Source: Paraphysomonas bandaiensis (Eukaryota; Protista; Chrysophyceae). Taken from it: a stretch of 64,000 nt of DNA. This document shows positions 48,901 to 61,437 of this stretch, one piece after another. The position numbers were made by a program, and so were the translations under genes. The first letter of the stretch is position 1. Every line of letters starts with the position of its first letter. Below the pieces are notes generated by a model. That model had not been told where the DNA came from and did no database searches. It was given only the letters and a program-made list of their open reading frames with translations. The stretch spans positions 62,001 through 126,000 of the forward strand of contig CBFFRP010000280.1 in assembly GCA_965644295.1 (NCBI GenBank), written 5' to 3'.

Positions 48901-51900
48901 CCTGAAACACCTCATGTCCGGCCTTCATCCATATAACACAGGTTTTCTGGGGGTCGGCAAGAGCTTTAAATATACTCCGTACCTCACCGCCACGATTAGT
49001 GACGTAAGGTTCAGTGTGAAGAGGCCGAGTGAAAGAGTTTTGTGTGCTTTGAATACATATGACAGGGCAATCGATCTCCCGAAGGACAGGACGTACATCC
49101 ACAGAGTGTAACACACCTTTACACAACCCAAGCCTGCCTGTCAGGCTAATGGGATTGTGGACAGCTGTGTAGAGGTTGAGAGCAAGAGGTACTGATACCT
49201 TGGCTAAGTAGTCCTTCGAGAATAAAAACCTCGAATAGAAATAAACCGGTAAATCAGGGCGCGATGGCGGAGCTGCTTGGAAGACATTTATGCAATCGTG
49301 CATAACTCCTGCCAAGTAAGAATCGATGAATGCCCAGCCATTAATATTGATAAGCCCGCGCATATTTGGAATAGAGTAGTGGGAAGCATAAAATGATAAA
49401 ATGCTCGTCCCATGACCAAATCCCATCATATAGAACGGTCGGGTGGTATCAAAATCCTTCGTTCCTTTCTCACCAACCTGACCAATTACCTCATTCAAAC
49501 AGGTGGCGTGATACTCATTATTCAGAAGCTGTTCCGGTCGCCACTCAGTGAATGCTTGACCAGGATAGTTCCATAACAGAATCTGCATACCCAAATACTT
49601 CTGAGCAATAGGCTTGAAAAATATTTTCATCTTCTCAGCGGTATCGAACAAGTCATGACATACAATCAGATTGAAGAAGGGTCTATTGGAGCTCACTTGA
49701 ACTTTGGCCGACTTGGAAAAATCTAAAACCATATATGGCACCCGAGTGTCGGCATCTATCTGCACTGCACCCGACACAGTAGCGTCCGAATCTCCTCCTG
49801 ACCCCCCTGCAACGACCAGTTGTCGGGCCGCAGCAGTTGCGCTATCGGTGCTACCTTCCAGAGTGCCTAGTATGCCCTGTTTATATGACTTAGGGAAGGA
49901 GTCCTTCGGAGCATGCAGCTCGGCTAGACTGGGACCTGTTATCTCCGCGAGGTGATGTGGTACGGCAGCACGAACAGTGTTAATGAGAGAAGTCTTGTTA
50001 GGTGGCATGGATACACAACCGTCCATATCCGCTTTCATATACGCTTGAAGGTCCGCAGGAGTTGTTTGGGAGGTGTAACATATTACAGGCAGTCGTCTGG
50101 TGAACGGCTGTTTGCCTTTGCCAATAGCAGCGGACCTCGCAGCCGCTGCTCTTCGGATTAGCTTTTCCTGCTCTCTCACCTTCGCAACCACCTGGAATGC
50201 GTCGCTCAGGCTAAGATCACGCTGAATGAGTACACAATCGAATTCGGAATCTTTTTTGGTATCCCCTCCGTACAGATCAGTGAGCACTTGAAGGCCATCA
50301 GGAACCCAATGGACATCAAAAAAGGCACTCTCGAGAATAAACTTAGTATCTACAGCCACTTGTCCCTCCGCACATGCCAGCAATATTTTGCCTCTATACA
50401 TATTATCTGCTGAACCTTCGCTTGCGATTAGCTTTGCAGCCTCCTCTGGGTTCTCCTGCTGAAGCTGGTTTATACGCTTCCGAACCAGTTCATCTTTTTC
50501 TTTCTTTCGACGTTCAGCAAGAACATCCGTACCGCCTCGCAAGTAGTCGTCCAGATCCGCAAACTTATCTCTATTGAAAACCTCTTTCTTGATCCCCTTA
50601 TCCCGATAAGACTTCCATGTGCTCTTACGTGCACGCTTCTTGTCCACTGGCTGGGAGGCATTGTCGTCAAATCTCACATCTCCACCATTTCGATTGTCGT
50701 CAGAGTTGGGTCCTACGCGCTCATGTGCTGCCCCTGGCCCAACTGGCACAGTCTTGGACATTTCCGCACTTTGTGCAGAGCCAGGTGCTGATGGAGTACT
50801 TCCATCTCTCCTGGCAGGCAATGCACCCTGGGATTTGCAGTGTCGCATTCCTACAGGAGGCATGCGGTCCCCAGCTGCTCCACTGGACTTCGGCTTAGTA
50901 GTACCCACTACACCCCCCGCTCCAGTGCCTTGCGCATGTGTCTGAAGCACCTCTCTGGCCCAGTCGAGAACCATATATACCTTGCTACATACAGGGCACA
51001 CGCGCACCTTCTCGTAATAAGTTGCCATGTCACGAGTGAAGGTTTCTCGGTGTTGTTTGTCAGAGGCAAGTAAGTCCTGATGATCCTATATAGCACAAAT
51101 TCAGAACAGCCAGTAACATACCCGATAAACTCGTACCTGCTCTGCCTTGAGTTCTCTGTCTACCTGAGCGGACTTTGCCGCAAGATCCCTCTCGGCTTTG
51201 CTAGTAGCACTAGTCACTTCATCAATTTCCGAACGCAGTAGAGCGGCACTGTTTTGCCTCGGAGTAATTGGATATGCACGCCAATCCTCGTTATCCTCTG
51301 TCTCCACAGTAAGTCCGCGGCGCTCTTTACGTGCAAGGATGATACTGCGATTGGCGATTGCAGCTAAAGCGGGACCATTAACGGCACCGAAGTCCATCAT
51401 TTGGCCGAATTTTTTGTTCTTCCGAAGCACATTCAATTCCTTGGATGTGAACATCTTCTCCATGGTATGTTCTTTAGAACTTGGGTCTGTTGTAAGTGAC
51501 CCCACATCTCTGAACGTAACCCTGCAGTAGTCCCCTCTGCACTTGAAGGGGTCAGGAAAACTACTCTGAAGAGGTGCAGAATTCTCAGAGGCTGAATAAA
51601 TATTCCTAGGACTATGCAAGGGAGCTGAAGAGGCGATCTTTTTGCGTTTTACTCCGGCACCAGCAGCAGCATTTTGGGCATCTATGACTGCATTGTCGAG
51701 TGTCATCGCAGCAGTTTGGATTTGAGTCGCGGCCAAGTTTATATCGGCCTTCCTTTCTGTCCCGTCTCTGGGCCAACGTGAAGCTGACCCTACTCGGGAG
51801 GCACTGTGAGACGTCATTGTACCCCCGTCATTTTCTCCACCCTTTTCCAATTCCGCCTCAAAATATTTTGGCCCAGCCCAGCTCATTCGACCTGAGCGGT

Positions 51901-52667
51901 CCCCGGATGGTAAACCCGGGATGTCCGCCACATGGCTTCCGTGAACAATGCGTGCGTCAGACGTCCACATCATCCAAAGCTGGCTCTTAGCATCGATAAC
52001 GTAGTCAACTGTCAGAGAAATTACCTTGACATTGAGCATCATCTCTATGTAACGCGTGACGGTGTTGGTTGCCAAGTCCATGATACTGCATATGTTTGAA
52101 GCCTTACATTCATACTTCTGGCAGGTATCCGAATGCAATACAGTCACTGCCTCAGGGTCAGCAGCATCAATGTCATAAGAATAAGAGTACGTATGTGTCA
52201 CTGAACGCCCCGTTTTATCCTTCAATTCGTACTTGTTTCGAAATATGGTGTGCTTTTTACTTTTGACAAAACAGTGGACAGACATAATAGAGTCATCTGC
52301 AATACTCATTCCATCAGCAAATGTCTGCCACGCATCTTCATTTAAAAATTTTAAAATATTTCCTTTCTGTCGAATGATTCCGATCACTGGAGACTCACTC
52401 TGAGCGGCTATTCGTCGCCATCTCTCAGATAATGCTCTATAGTCGAGGGTACGCTTTTTTAAGATTTCCCCTGTCTTGCCAGTGATGTACCATCTCGCAG
52501 GAGCTGAGCGTTCATATATAACCTGCAATATGACCCATCACACACATCGTTCAGACAGTAAACACACTCACCGTATCTGTGAGACCTAACCGACATTTCT
52601 CTGGAGCATTTCTACTCCATAAGCTGCTAATCACATCATTAGCAGAGAGGGTATCTATCGTCTGCAT
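45948..52667 (-). CDS. ~2,150-aa multidomain protein: ATP-grasp-like N-terminus, Cys motifs, pseudo-receiver, alpha/beta-hydrolase fold, 6 IQ motifs, coiled coil, SAM, ankyrin repeats
   Basis: ORFs 51101-52528, 46292-51028 and 45948-46172 can be joined by GT-AG introns; ATG at 52667 (MQTIDTLSANDV); SAM WSVEDVARWLQTLTLGQYSEAFIDAAVDGEFL; ANK GNTMLILACQNG, GQTAAHFC. Confidence 0.85.
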
Positions 52668-53092
52668 TATGACTATCGCAGAGGATATTTAACACCGTCT
52701 CTGTCTCATCTACACGATCTAACACAACTCTCTATAGGTATATAGTACTATGAATTCACGTACTCTTCAATTGGCCTGCTTCATCCTTTACACACTTTCA
52801 CTTCTTTCAAAAAGGGCAGTTTCAGACATATAAAATCCACACTTGTTTTTTTTTCTCAACAGGCGTTTCACTTCATATGGTAGTATATGTACAGCAGTAC
52901 TGTAGTATGAAAGGAAATGAAGATTTTCAGTCTCATATAATTTTCAGTTTGTATTTAGAAGTGACCCTTCAAGGTCGATATGTGGTGAATGGGGAGATTT
53001 TAGTGGTTTTCAGGCCGATGAATAGTCTAGTCTTAGATGTTTAACTCTGCAAAGGAGTTGTATACATATTATAACTTGGACTTGTGGCGATA

Positions 53093-53916
53093 ATGGCAAA
53101 GGCAGCACTTATTAGCAAGAAGAGGAAGTTTGTTGCGGATGGCGTGTTCTACGCCGAAATCAACGAGGTGTGATAATGTTATTGATTCTTTGTTTCAGTG
53201 CCATTAATTGTTGTTCTCAAGCTTTTCTCCCGCGAATTGGCCGAGGACGGCTATGCCGGTGTTGAAGTTCGTGTGACTCCTCTCCGCACCGAAATTATCA
53301 TCAAGGCGACCCGTACCCAGGACGTCCTTGGCGAGAAAGGCCAGAGAATCCGTGAATTGACCTCCGTTGTCCAGAAGAGGTACGCAACACAGACTGTATT
53401 ATATGCATGAAATGTAACGTGGGCATCTAGATTTAACTTCAAGGAGGGCGGCGTTGATCTCTTCGCCGAGCGTGTCGCAAACCGTGGTCTCTGCGCTCAG
53501 ACCCAGGCCGAGTCTCTCAAATACAAGCTCCTTGGCAACCTTGCCGTGCGCCGTGCATGCTATGGTGTTCTCCGTTTCATCATGGAATCCGGTGCCAAGG
53601 GTGCTGAGGTCACAGTGTCTGGTAAGCTTCGTGGACAGCGTGCTAAGTCCCAGAAGTTTGCCGATGGTTATATGATCAAGACCGGCCACGCCTTCGAGTG
53701 AGTTATATGATATGTTAGGGGTATATTATCTTATGTATTGTCAATAGGGAGTACGTTGATACTGCAGTCCGCCACGTTCTCATGAGACAGGGTGTTCTCG
53801 GTGTTAAAGTGTCAGTCATGCTTCCCCACGACCCTAAGGGTATTGTTGGCCCCAAGAGCTCTCTGGCTGATGTGATTACCATCCACGAACCCAAGGACGG
53901 CGCTCGCAGCTATTAG
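53093..53916 (+). CDS. RPS3: 40S ribosomal protein S3 (uS3), 4 exons
   Basis: [92 protein letters not shown]. Confidence 0.98.
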
Positions 53917-55448
53917 ATAGATGTGTTTTCTATTGCCTACTCGCTCTTCAATAATTAACCACAAGCCCAAATTTTATGAGGTCTTTGCTGCCTTCACCAA
54001 ATCCATAACAAGTGCTGCAGAAATGCACATGGTGAACTAGGAAATACCAGATGTTAGTATTCTAAAGGATATAATTAAAGCTAGATTGAATGACAGTACT
54101 ATGTACTTCACCAACAGTATAGTTTCATGTAGTCCTACTCAGTCTTTCCTGCGCGGTGACTCCCACTTGTAATTGTTACTTGCAGATATTAATTACTGTC
54201 AAAATACAAAGAAGTTCAGAAAAATAATTCTTTATATTTTTCTATTTAATCTACATGTATTCTATCTTTCTCTAATACTATATTTCTTTCCTTGTTAGGA
54301 AAAGAAAAGGTAGTGTCATGCGGTTCTTTTTTCCATACCTAGTGAAATCTACATTTGTTACTACCCTACGTTTAGAAGTTCAGAATATACACAAATAGTC
54401 CTGCGTAGACATATTAATGTTACATATCGCCATTTCTAAAAGCCCAACAACATCTTATCTACTTTTACCATTATACAAATAGAAAATATAATACCCACAT
54501 TATCGCACCCTGAATACTGAATACATCAACATACGCGGACTGGTTGGTAGAGATTAGATATGTATGTCAGTATGCCATGACCGTAGAATATATTCGTTGA
54601 ATAGTTTTGGAGAGGATTAATAAAGCATTAACTATTATATACCAAACATTAGCTATGAAAATATAAAGCCAGTATTTAAGTCCTTTAGAATGGTCATGGA
54701 CAGCAAGATGTTGGTTCATGACTCATCAAAGTAGAACACGCTTAGTACCATATGTCTGTAATGTAGTAAAGGATGTAATTGAGTTTCAGATTATATTAGA
54801 ACTGGGGACTTGTTTCGTGTGCTTAAATATATTATTATAAACCTAGCAAAACATTAAAAGTACAGAAATACATCGATATTAACAACTAAATACACTCCCT
54901 ACAAAGAATCGAGAAAATAATGAGAGAAGAGTACTTGATATGCATCAAGAGTCTTGACAGTGCTGCTTAACATGCTATAAGACCCTTTGGCCCATAGAGA
55001 ACTCTGATGTCAATGCCACATAGCAATGTTGTCCACTGACTGGACAACGACCGAACACAAGGTTGAGGGGCCCATTGCACCACCGTATTCCACAGTAGTT
55101 CAATACATAACTATAGCAACAGCCCTACTGGTATACGGTATACAGTGTAGTGTACAGTCCAGTGTGGTAGTACAGCGTGTAGCATATCTAGATAAGAGTA
55201 TAGCGTACAGCAGCGTATAGCGTTTAGAGTGTTGTGTATAGTGGTGTGCGTTATATTTTTTGTCCATCATAATCATATACATACATACATGTATGTATGA
55301 TATCATAGAGATGAATATCTCATACAGAATAAACACATAGAGATGAGTGCAGTCGTCATATCTCTACTGACCATCTGATATTAGAAACATTGTAGTATCT
55401 CTTTCTTCTTCCGAAAGATCCCTCAAGTTGATATATATATATATATAT

Positions 55449-56545
55449 ATGGGCTGCGGTGGAACGAAAGTATTTGTAGCGAACTCCTTGAAGGAGGGTC
55501 AAGGGGAACAAGCTGCTGCAGATTTTAAAAAACTTCAATTAACAAAGAAACAAATTAATAAATTTTATGAAGCATTTTGTAAAATTGATAAAACTTTAGA
55601 AGGGACGATAGAGATGAATGAGTTTCTATTAGCTCTGGATATAGGTGCAGTTGTGGTATGTGTGGATATCAATGATAATAACACTTTGTTTTAGAAAAGA
55701 CCCCTCTTGCTATTGAAATATTTTCTGAGATGGACAGATCGAATGATGGCCATATCACTTTTCGAGAGGTTTTGTTGAATATTTTCTTGATATTTATGAT
55801 TTAATCGATTGTGGTTAGTTTACTTTATCTATTTGGAAATACTGCTCTCGTGGGCCGGACAGTATATGGGACTTTGCGTTTGATATCTACGATACGGATG
55901 ATTCGAATGAACTAACTAGAGAGGAGATCCAAGAAATGATTGTAGAAGCTTTCGGAAAGACATCATCAAAGCACGATGTTGGAGAAATCATGAGCAAATT
56001 CGACGATGATCGTAACTCCAAAATATCACGAAAAGAATTTAAGAAGATTCTGAAAGCTCACCCGAAGCTTTTGAAGCCGGCTCTTGCTTTTCAGGTTAGT
56101 TTTAGTTCCTCTATTTTTTTATGAAGTAATCTGGAATGAACAAGAAAAAGCTGAAGGACCTAATTGGTGATGAGGAATTTTGGAAAGAAATAATGAAAGT
56201 ATCTGACAAGTATGCTAAGACGTTGTACTATTGCTATTGTCATGACTGGCTATGCGCAGTGTGTCCACTCTACCTGAGGTGCAGAAGCTATTTAAACAGA
56301 AGAGAAGGAAGCGAAACGTTCTGAAAGAGCAAATCGAGGCTGAACATCATTTTTACGAGGAGGTTAAGAATAGCGGGAAGGATAAGACTCATTTTGAGCT
56401 CCATGGGTTTCATGATAAACACCATAAAGCCTTATACTCTGATGTTAAGGGGCATGAGCATGACGTAGTTAAATCGAAATCGAAATCGCGTGACGGCGCA
56501 CAGAAGAAGACAAACATGTACTACCATGAGGATATAGAGCCCTAA
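55449..56545 (+). CDS. N-acylated four-EF-hand Ca2+ sensor (calcineurin-B/CBL/NCS-like) with basic His/Lys-rich tail, multi-exon
   Basis: MGCGGTK start; EF loops DKTLEGTIEMNE, DRSNDGHITFRE, DTDDSNELTREE (FAFDIYDTD), DDDRNSKISRKE. Confidence 0.85.
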
Positions 56546-57619
56546 GTGATAGTTTTGTATATATTTGTGCAAATTATTTCTATCGCACCTAACTGTTTGT
56601 ATATTATGGTGCAGTATTTGTAACTACGCAGTGTAGTTTGTGATTCTTATCAGTTATAGTTATCAGCATTGAGTAATACATTGAGTGATAGGGGTTGAAT
56701 ATTGAATATAACTGTTCATACTATATCTTATATCTCTTCTGTAGAGGACATCAGAATAGCAATCCCAAACTGCCAATCACAATAGATTAAGGCTTAACAA
56801 TAAGTCAGATTACTTCATGTGACTATGAGATGCTAATACAAAATACGATTACTACAAATTTCGTTAAACCCAGTCAATGAAGTTGTCAACAACCAGAAAT
56901 ACATACCTAATTTTGACATTAGGAAGGTGAACTAAGTCAGGTATCTAAACTTGGACTCGTGCAGTAATCAATTAGTGAAATTATGATCACCATGTCTCAT
57001 CATGTTCATATAATACTGAAGATTGTGAACTCTTGATATTTTAATGTGGAAATTAATCTATGTTATTATTAACAACTGCATGCACTCATTTGCACTTCAT
57101 GCCGATGTTGAACAATGTTGAATATATATTGAAGTTTGAACTATCTCTGTATCGTCTTAGATGATCAAATTACAAAACTTTGTGTTTGACATTTTGAGTA
57201 TGATAGATTGCAATTGTTACTCAATTAGTAACCAACAATAGTAAACTAGTATACGTGGAACTTATATATTATAGAAAAAAATACGTTATAGCCGTTAGAG
57301 TATTGAGTTTCACCGTAGCTATATCTGAGTAGTATTGCCGTATGTGCTACAGTTTAAGTTTACACATCTAAGACGACGACATATTTAAAAAAAGTTATCT
57401 CTCTTATATTCTGAAAAGTTATTCATACGTGTGCATAATAAAACGAAAACCAATGACACAGTAGTGTTTAGCATATCTTCGAAACAAACTCTAACAGATA
57501 TAAGACATATTATACTCTACTTTACTGTATTTATATAAAGAAAAACAATGTTTCATAGAAATTTAGGCTCGTATATAGCAAGCTCAAACCGCGTATCATC
57601 TGATGATATAAGCAATAGC

Positions 57620-60600
57620 TCAATACATCTCTCCCTCATCATGCTCACAACTCTTTTCGTGTATAATAACCATGGGGGGAGGCATATCCGTAACATTTAG
57701 ACCATCATAGACCAGGTCATCGTCATAGCACTCTTCAATACTATCATGGTGACAGGTCATATCACATGTTTGCTCTTTCAATCTATCAAACACAGGACTT
57801 CCATTGCTTCGGATAGAAGAAAATGACCCATCTATATCCAGTCCAATGGCAGATGACTGCTCTGACCAATCAGTGTTACAACATTCCGACCCACTTTCGT
57901 AGACAATGGCAGGAGGTAACGGTTCTACATTACCATGCTTCTCCATCTGTTCTCCCTTAATTCGAATATATCAAACGTATAATGATTACATTACTAAGTA
58001 CTGTAAAATACTCAGCATTGTACAAATATACCTGTGAATGCCAGTAGGCACGTAACGTCTTATCTGTAATGTCCTTGCGAGTTACCATGCCCACGACATG
58101 GTGATTATTATTGACCACAACCAAGTGACGTAGGCCCAATGTACGAAATTGACTACGACATATCTCATATACTTTACTGAAAATAATGCAGAATGATTTA
58201 CCTGTGGCATCGGGCGACAGTTGTGCTTTCATGTATCATATGTGCCGCAGTGTCCATATACGCTCTCATATCTAGGTACATATTCTGTGCAAAGAGATCA
58301 TTGATATTTACAACAGTATCGCTACGGTTACCATCTCGGACGAAGATAGTGTAATTTCATCAATCTTAGTGTACTGGGGATAGTTCTTCTCCAGTGTTTC
58401 GTAGAACACCGCAGCCGCAGGAGTGAGAAATATACCATCACAGTCATGGTCACACTCTGCGAAGTCTTGAACTGGGTCGTTGAAATTTAAAACAGCGGAG
58501 AAAGCTCTTAGCTCAAGTAATACACAAAGGTACTTACGCAGGATGAGACCTCGAAATCTCCCGTACTTATCAACGGTAGGAAAGCCGTTATGCGAGGTGT
58601 GCTTCAAGACCTCATATACGCGACTCACTCTATCGATTTCACAAAGGGTTATGACAGGTGCCGCCATTATCTCCGTTACGGGGTTATAATTCAGGAGACC
58701 TAGGGTATGTAGTGCACTCTCAAGGAATGGAAAATCCTTTACCTTCAGCGTAATGTCGTAGATTCCGTCATTGATAGCTTTTCCTGTGTATCTTGCTGCT
58801 GCAAATGTGACCATTAAAGGAAGAAGATATGTCATGTTTCCCGCGGTTTCAAGCATGATAATAGTCATGGCCAGAGTAATCCGAGTAACTCCACCATTTA
58901 TAGCGGCCGCACCCATTAGTGAATAGGTGCCGGAGTTCGCAATCCGACCGGGAAGGAGAGAATTCAGTGCATGCCCCCATATTCGCCCATAAGCAGCACC
59001 TGCTACTAGGGAAGGTACGAAAAGCCCCATCGGAATGGTGAGGCCACCGGTCAGCATCGCCATAGGAAAGTATGACAGAAAGAATAATATCAGAGGACCG
59101 GCGGTGAATGACGGAAAGGTGCTGTGCTCATATTCTCTGAAATGAAAGAGGTTCTTCATACACTGGTTGGAAGTGACAAAGTACAGTGATGCAAGCTCGT
59201 TGTAGTGATCTGAATCGCATTGGAACGACACTAAATTATCCAGCATCTCCATTTCATCGTCTGTCCAGTTAGCCGTTTCGTCAGCTGTAGGAAGACGGGA
59301 GCACTTTTGCCATACTAGTGGAAGCAAAAAACTGATACAAGCCATACCTGCAGTGAACATAAGGAGCCGTATAAACTTCAATGATGGAGTGGACATATGA
59401 GATCCATAGTAATTTGCGACCCGGGTGTGAATTACGTTAAATACAGCACCTATTACACCTCCTGTAGCACCCATAAGCATAAATATAAATATTTCATAAG
59501 AACGAAAATTCGTCTTCCCGTCGTAGAGATCGTTGAACTTGCCAAAAACAAACATGTCTGACGTCCGCTGGAAACCGAACCCATGAGAATCGAAGAGAAA
59601 GCTCACCGTCATCATTGTAACCGTGGCACATACGAATGTGCGAAAAGTTAGAGAAGTCGACCAAAAGGATGCACCCTCCTCAAGAGCAAAGAGCACACCA
59701 CCTTGGCAACTATAATATTAGACTATAGTGTAGTTGACAACATATAAACACATACAGGCTTACAAAAGACTAATGTTTGCTTGTAGTAAAGACAAATGGA
59801 TGCTCATATATTTTACTCAACGAAACTTTCATAGTACTGAATACTCGTCACACTATAAGAATCGGTACGTATTATATTACCTATTGGAGCTCTAAACCCA
59901 GCAGCCACCCCTGCAGCCGCCCCGTAGGTAACAAAATCTCTTTTCGTATAGTCATTACGAAACTCCTGAATTTGGGTCCATGAGACGTCCATACCGAATA
60001 TTTTACCCCTTCCTTGTGATATGAGAGCACCAAGAGTAGAACCTATCTGGATCAAAGGCCCTTTCTTTCCTATTGGAAGTCCGGCACCAACAGCAAAGCA
60101 CAGACCAAGAGTTTTAGCTACAAGAAGGCGAATATCTTCAAATTCATTGAGATTAATGCCATTCAAGAATGCCTTGATCTCAGGGATACCTCCGCCTAAA
60201 ATATAGTGTCACTTAGCATACTAGCAATACAGATGTTACCTGTGGCAAGAGGCTGCAAGTAACAGAACGCCCCTGCTATTGACCCGAAGAACAGACTCAT
60301 AAATTGATAGGAAAAAAAAGCCGCTGCCCATTTACCCTCCTTTATGTTTGCTATAGCTGGCAAATATATAATATACCCATCATAAAAGTATACCATATAT
60401 ATTTATTCTATCACCAGTAGAAAACTTCCACTCTAATAGCGAGCCAGTCAACGTGGAGATGAAGCATCCAACACAGCCAACAGCTATTGCAACAACAATG
60501 CAAAGTATCCACTTCCGGAGTGTTACCAAACGTGACTTGGTCCAAAAACTGCCACGATCTTGAAAGAATCTTCTTGTCTCGTGCTGTTATTAGACATTCA

Positions 60601-61050
60601 ACACATTAGATACATATCTTACCACCCCACCTTACGATACATCATACTCTCACATTCATGGAAATCTAGTGACTGTGGTGCAGTCTTCTTATTGAAATAT
60701 GGGTCACTGTTTCTTCGCTTTTTAGTCTTAAGAGTTGTTTGGGTTTGTTTTCTATCCCCATCACTTGTATGGGAGTGTGGTTTCCATTCTTTGTCTAGCA
60801 TTTGAATATTATCCAACTATATACAAGAGAGTCACAGTAACACACACAGAGGCATATAGACTCTACCTCATCATACAAGCTGTTCATTACCAACTCATGG
60901 GTATCACTTGGTAGCCTTTCGTGTCTCATTATATGATATAACAGTCTGTATCACTGATCTGTCAGTGTGATTCCTTCCTATACGACCAGCGCTCATCTTC
61001 GAACCACAATCTTGTACAGCACGTTGCTCTATGTCCTGAAAGTGTGACAT
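57620..61050 (-). CDS. CLC chloride channel/transporter (CLC-6/7, plant CLC-d-like) with two CBS domains, multi-exon
   Basis: [78 protein letters not shown], CBS HNGFP and LGLRHLVVV. Confidence 0.92.
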
Positions 61051-61437
61051 ATCTAGAACTAAAAGCTTATAAAAGACCTCAAAATGCTGGAGTTTCAGGA
61101 ATCCCAAGTGGGATATATGAAAACTTCGTTAAATCGTGAAGTCAACGTACTTATAAATCAAGGGTTTTTGACTACTTATTTATTTCACTTTCTGTGTCTT
61201 GGATAAAAGTTCAACAGCATTTTATCCAATGAAATGCATTCCTAACAAAACGATTCGATATGATATACCAGATGTTAACTATGTGGAAAGCACATGATAT
61301 GATACTCACTCTGTGTCTGCATCCCACTGTATACGTATCTGAGCCATAGTATGATACGCACGTGTGCGCGTTATTTGCAGCTACTTGCTTGATTATTGTC
61401 ATTTCTATAGCATTCACGCTATTATCAACAATTCCCA

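Noticed and set aside
53399-53689. 96-aa minus-strand ORF
   Set aside because: Antisense to RPS3 exon 3, an effect of strong codon bias.
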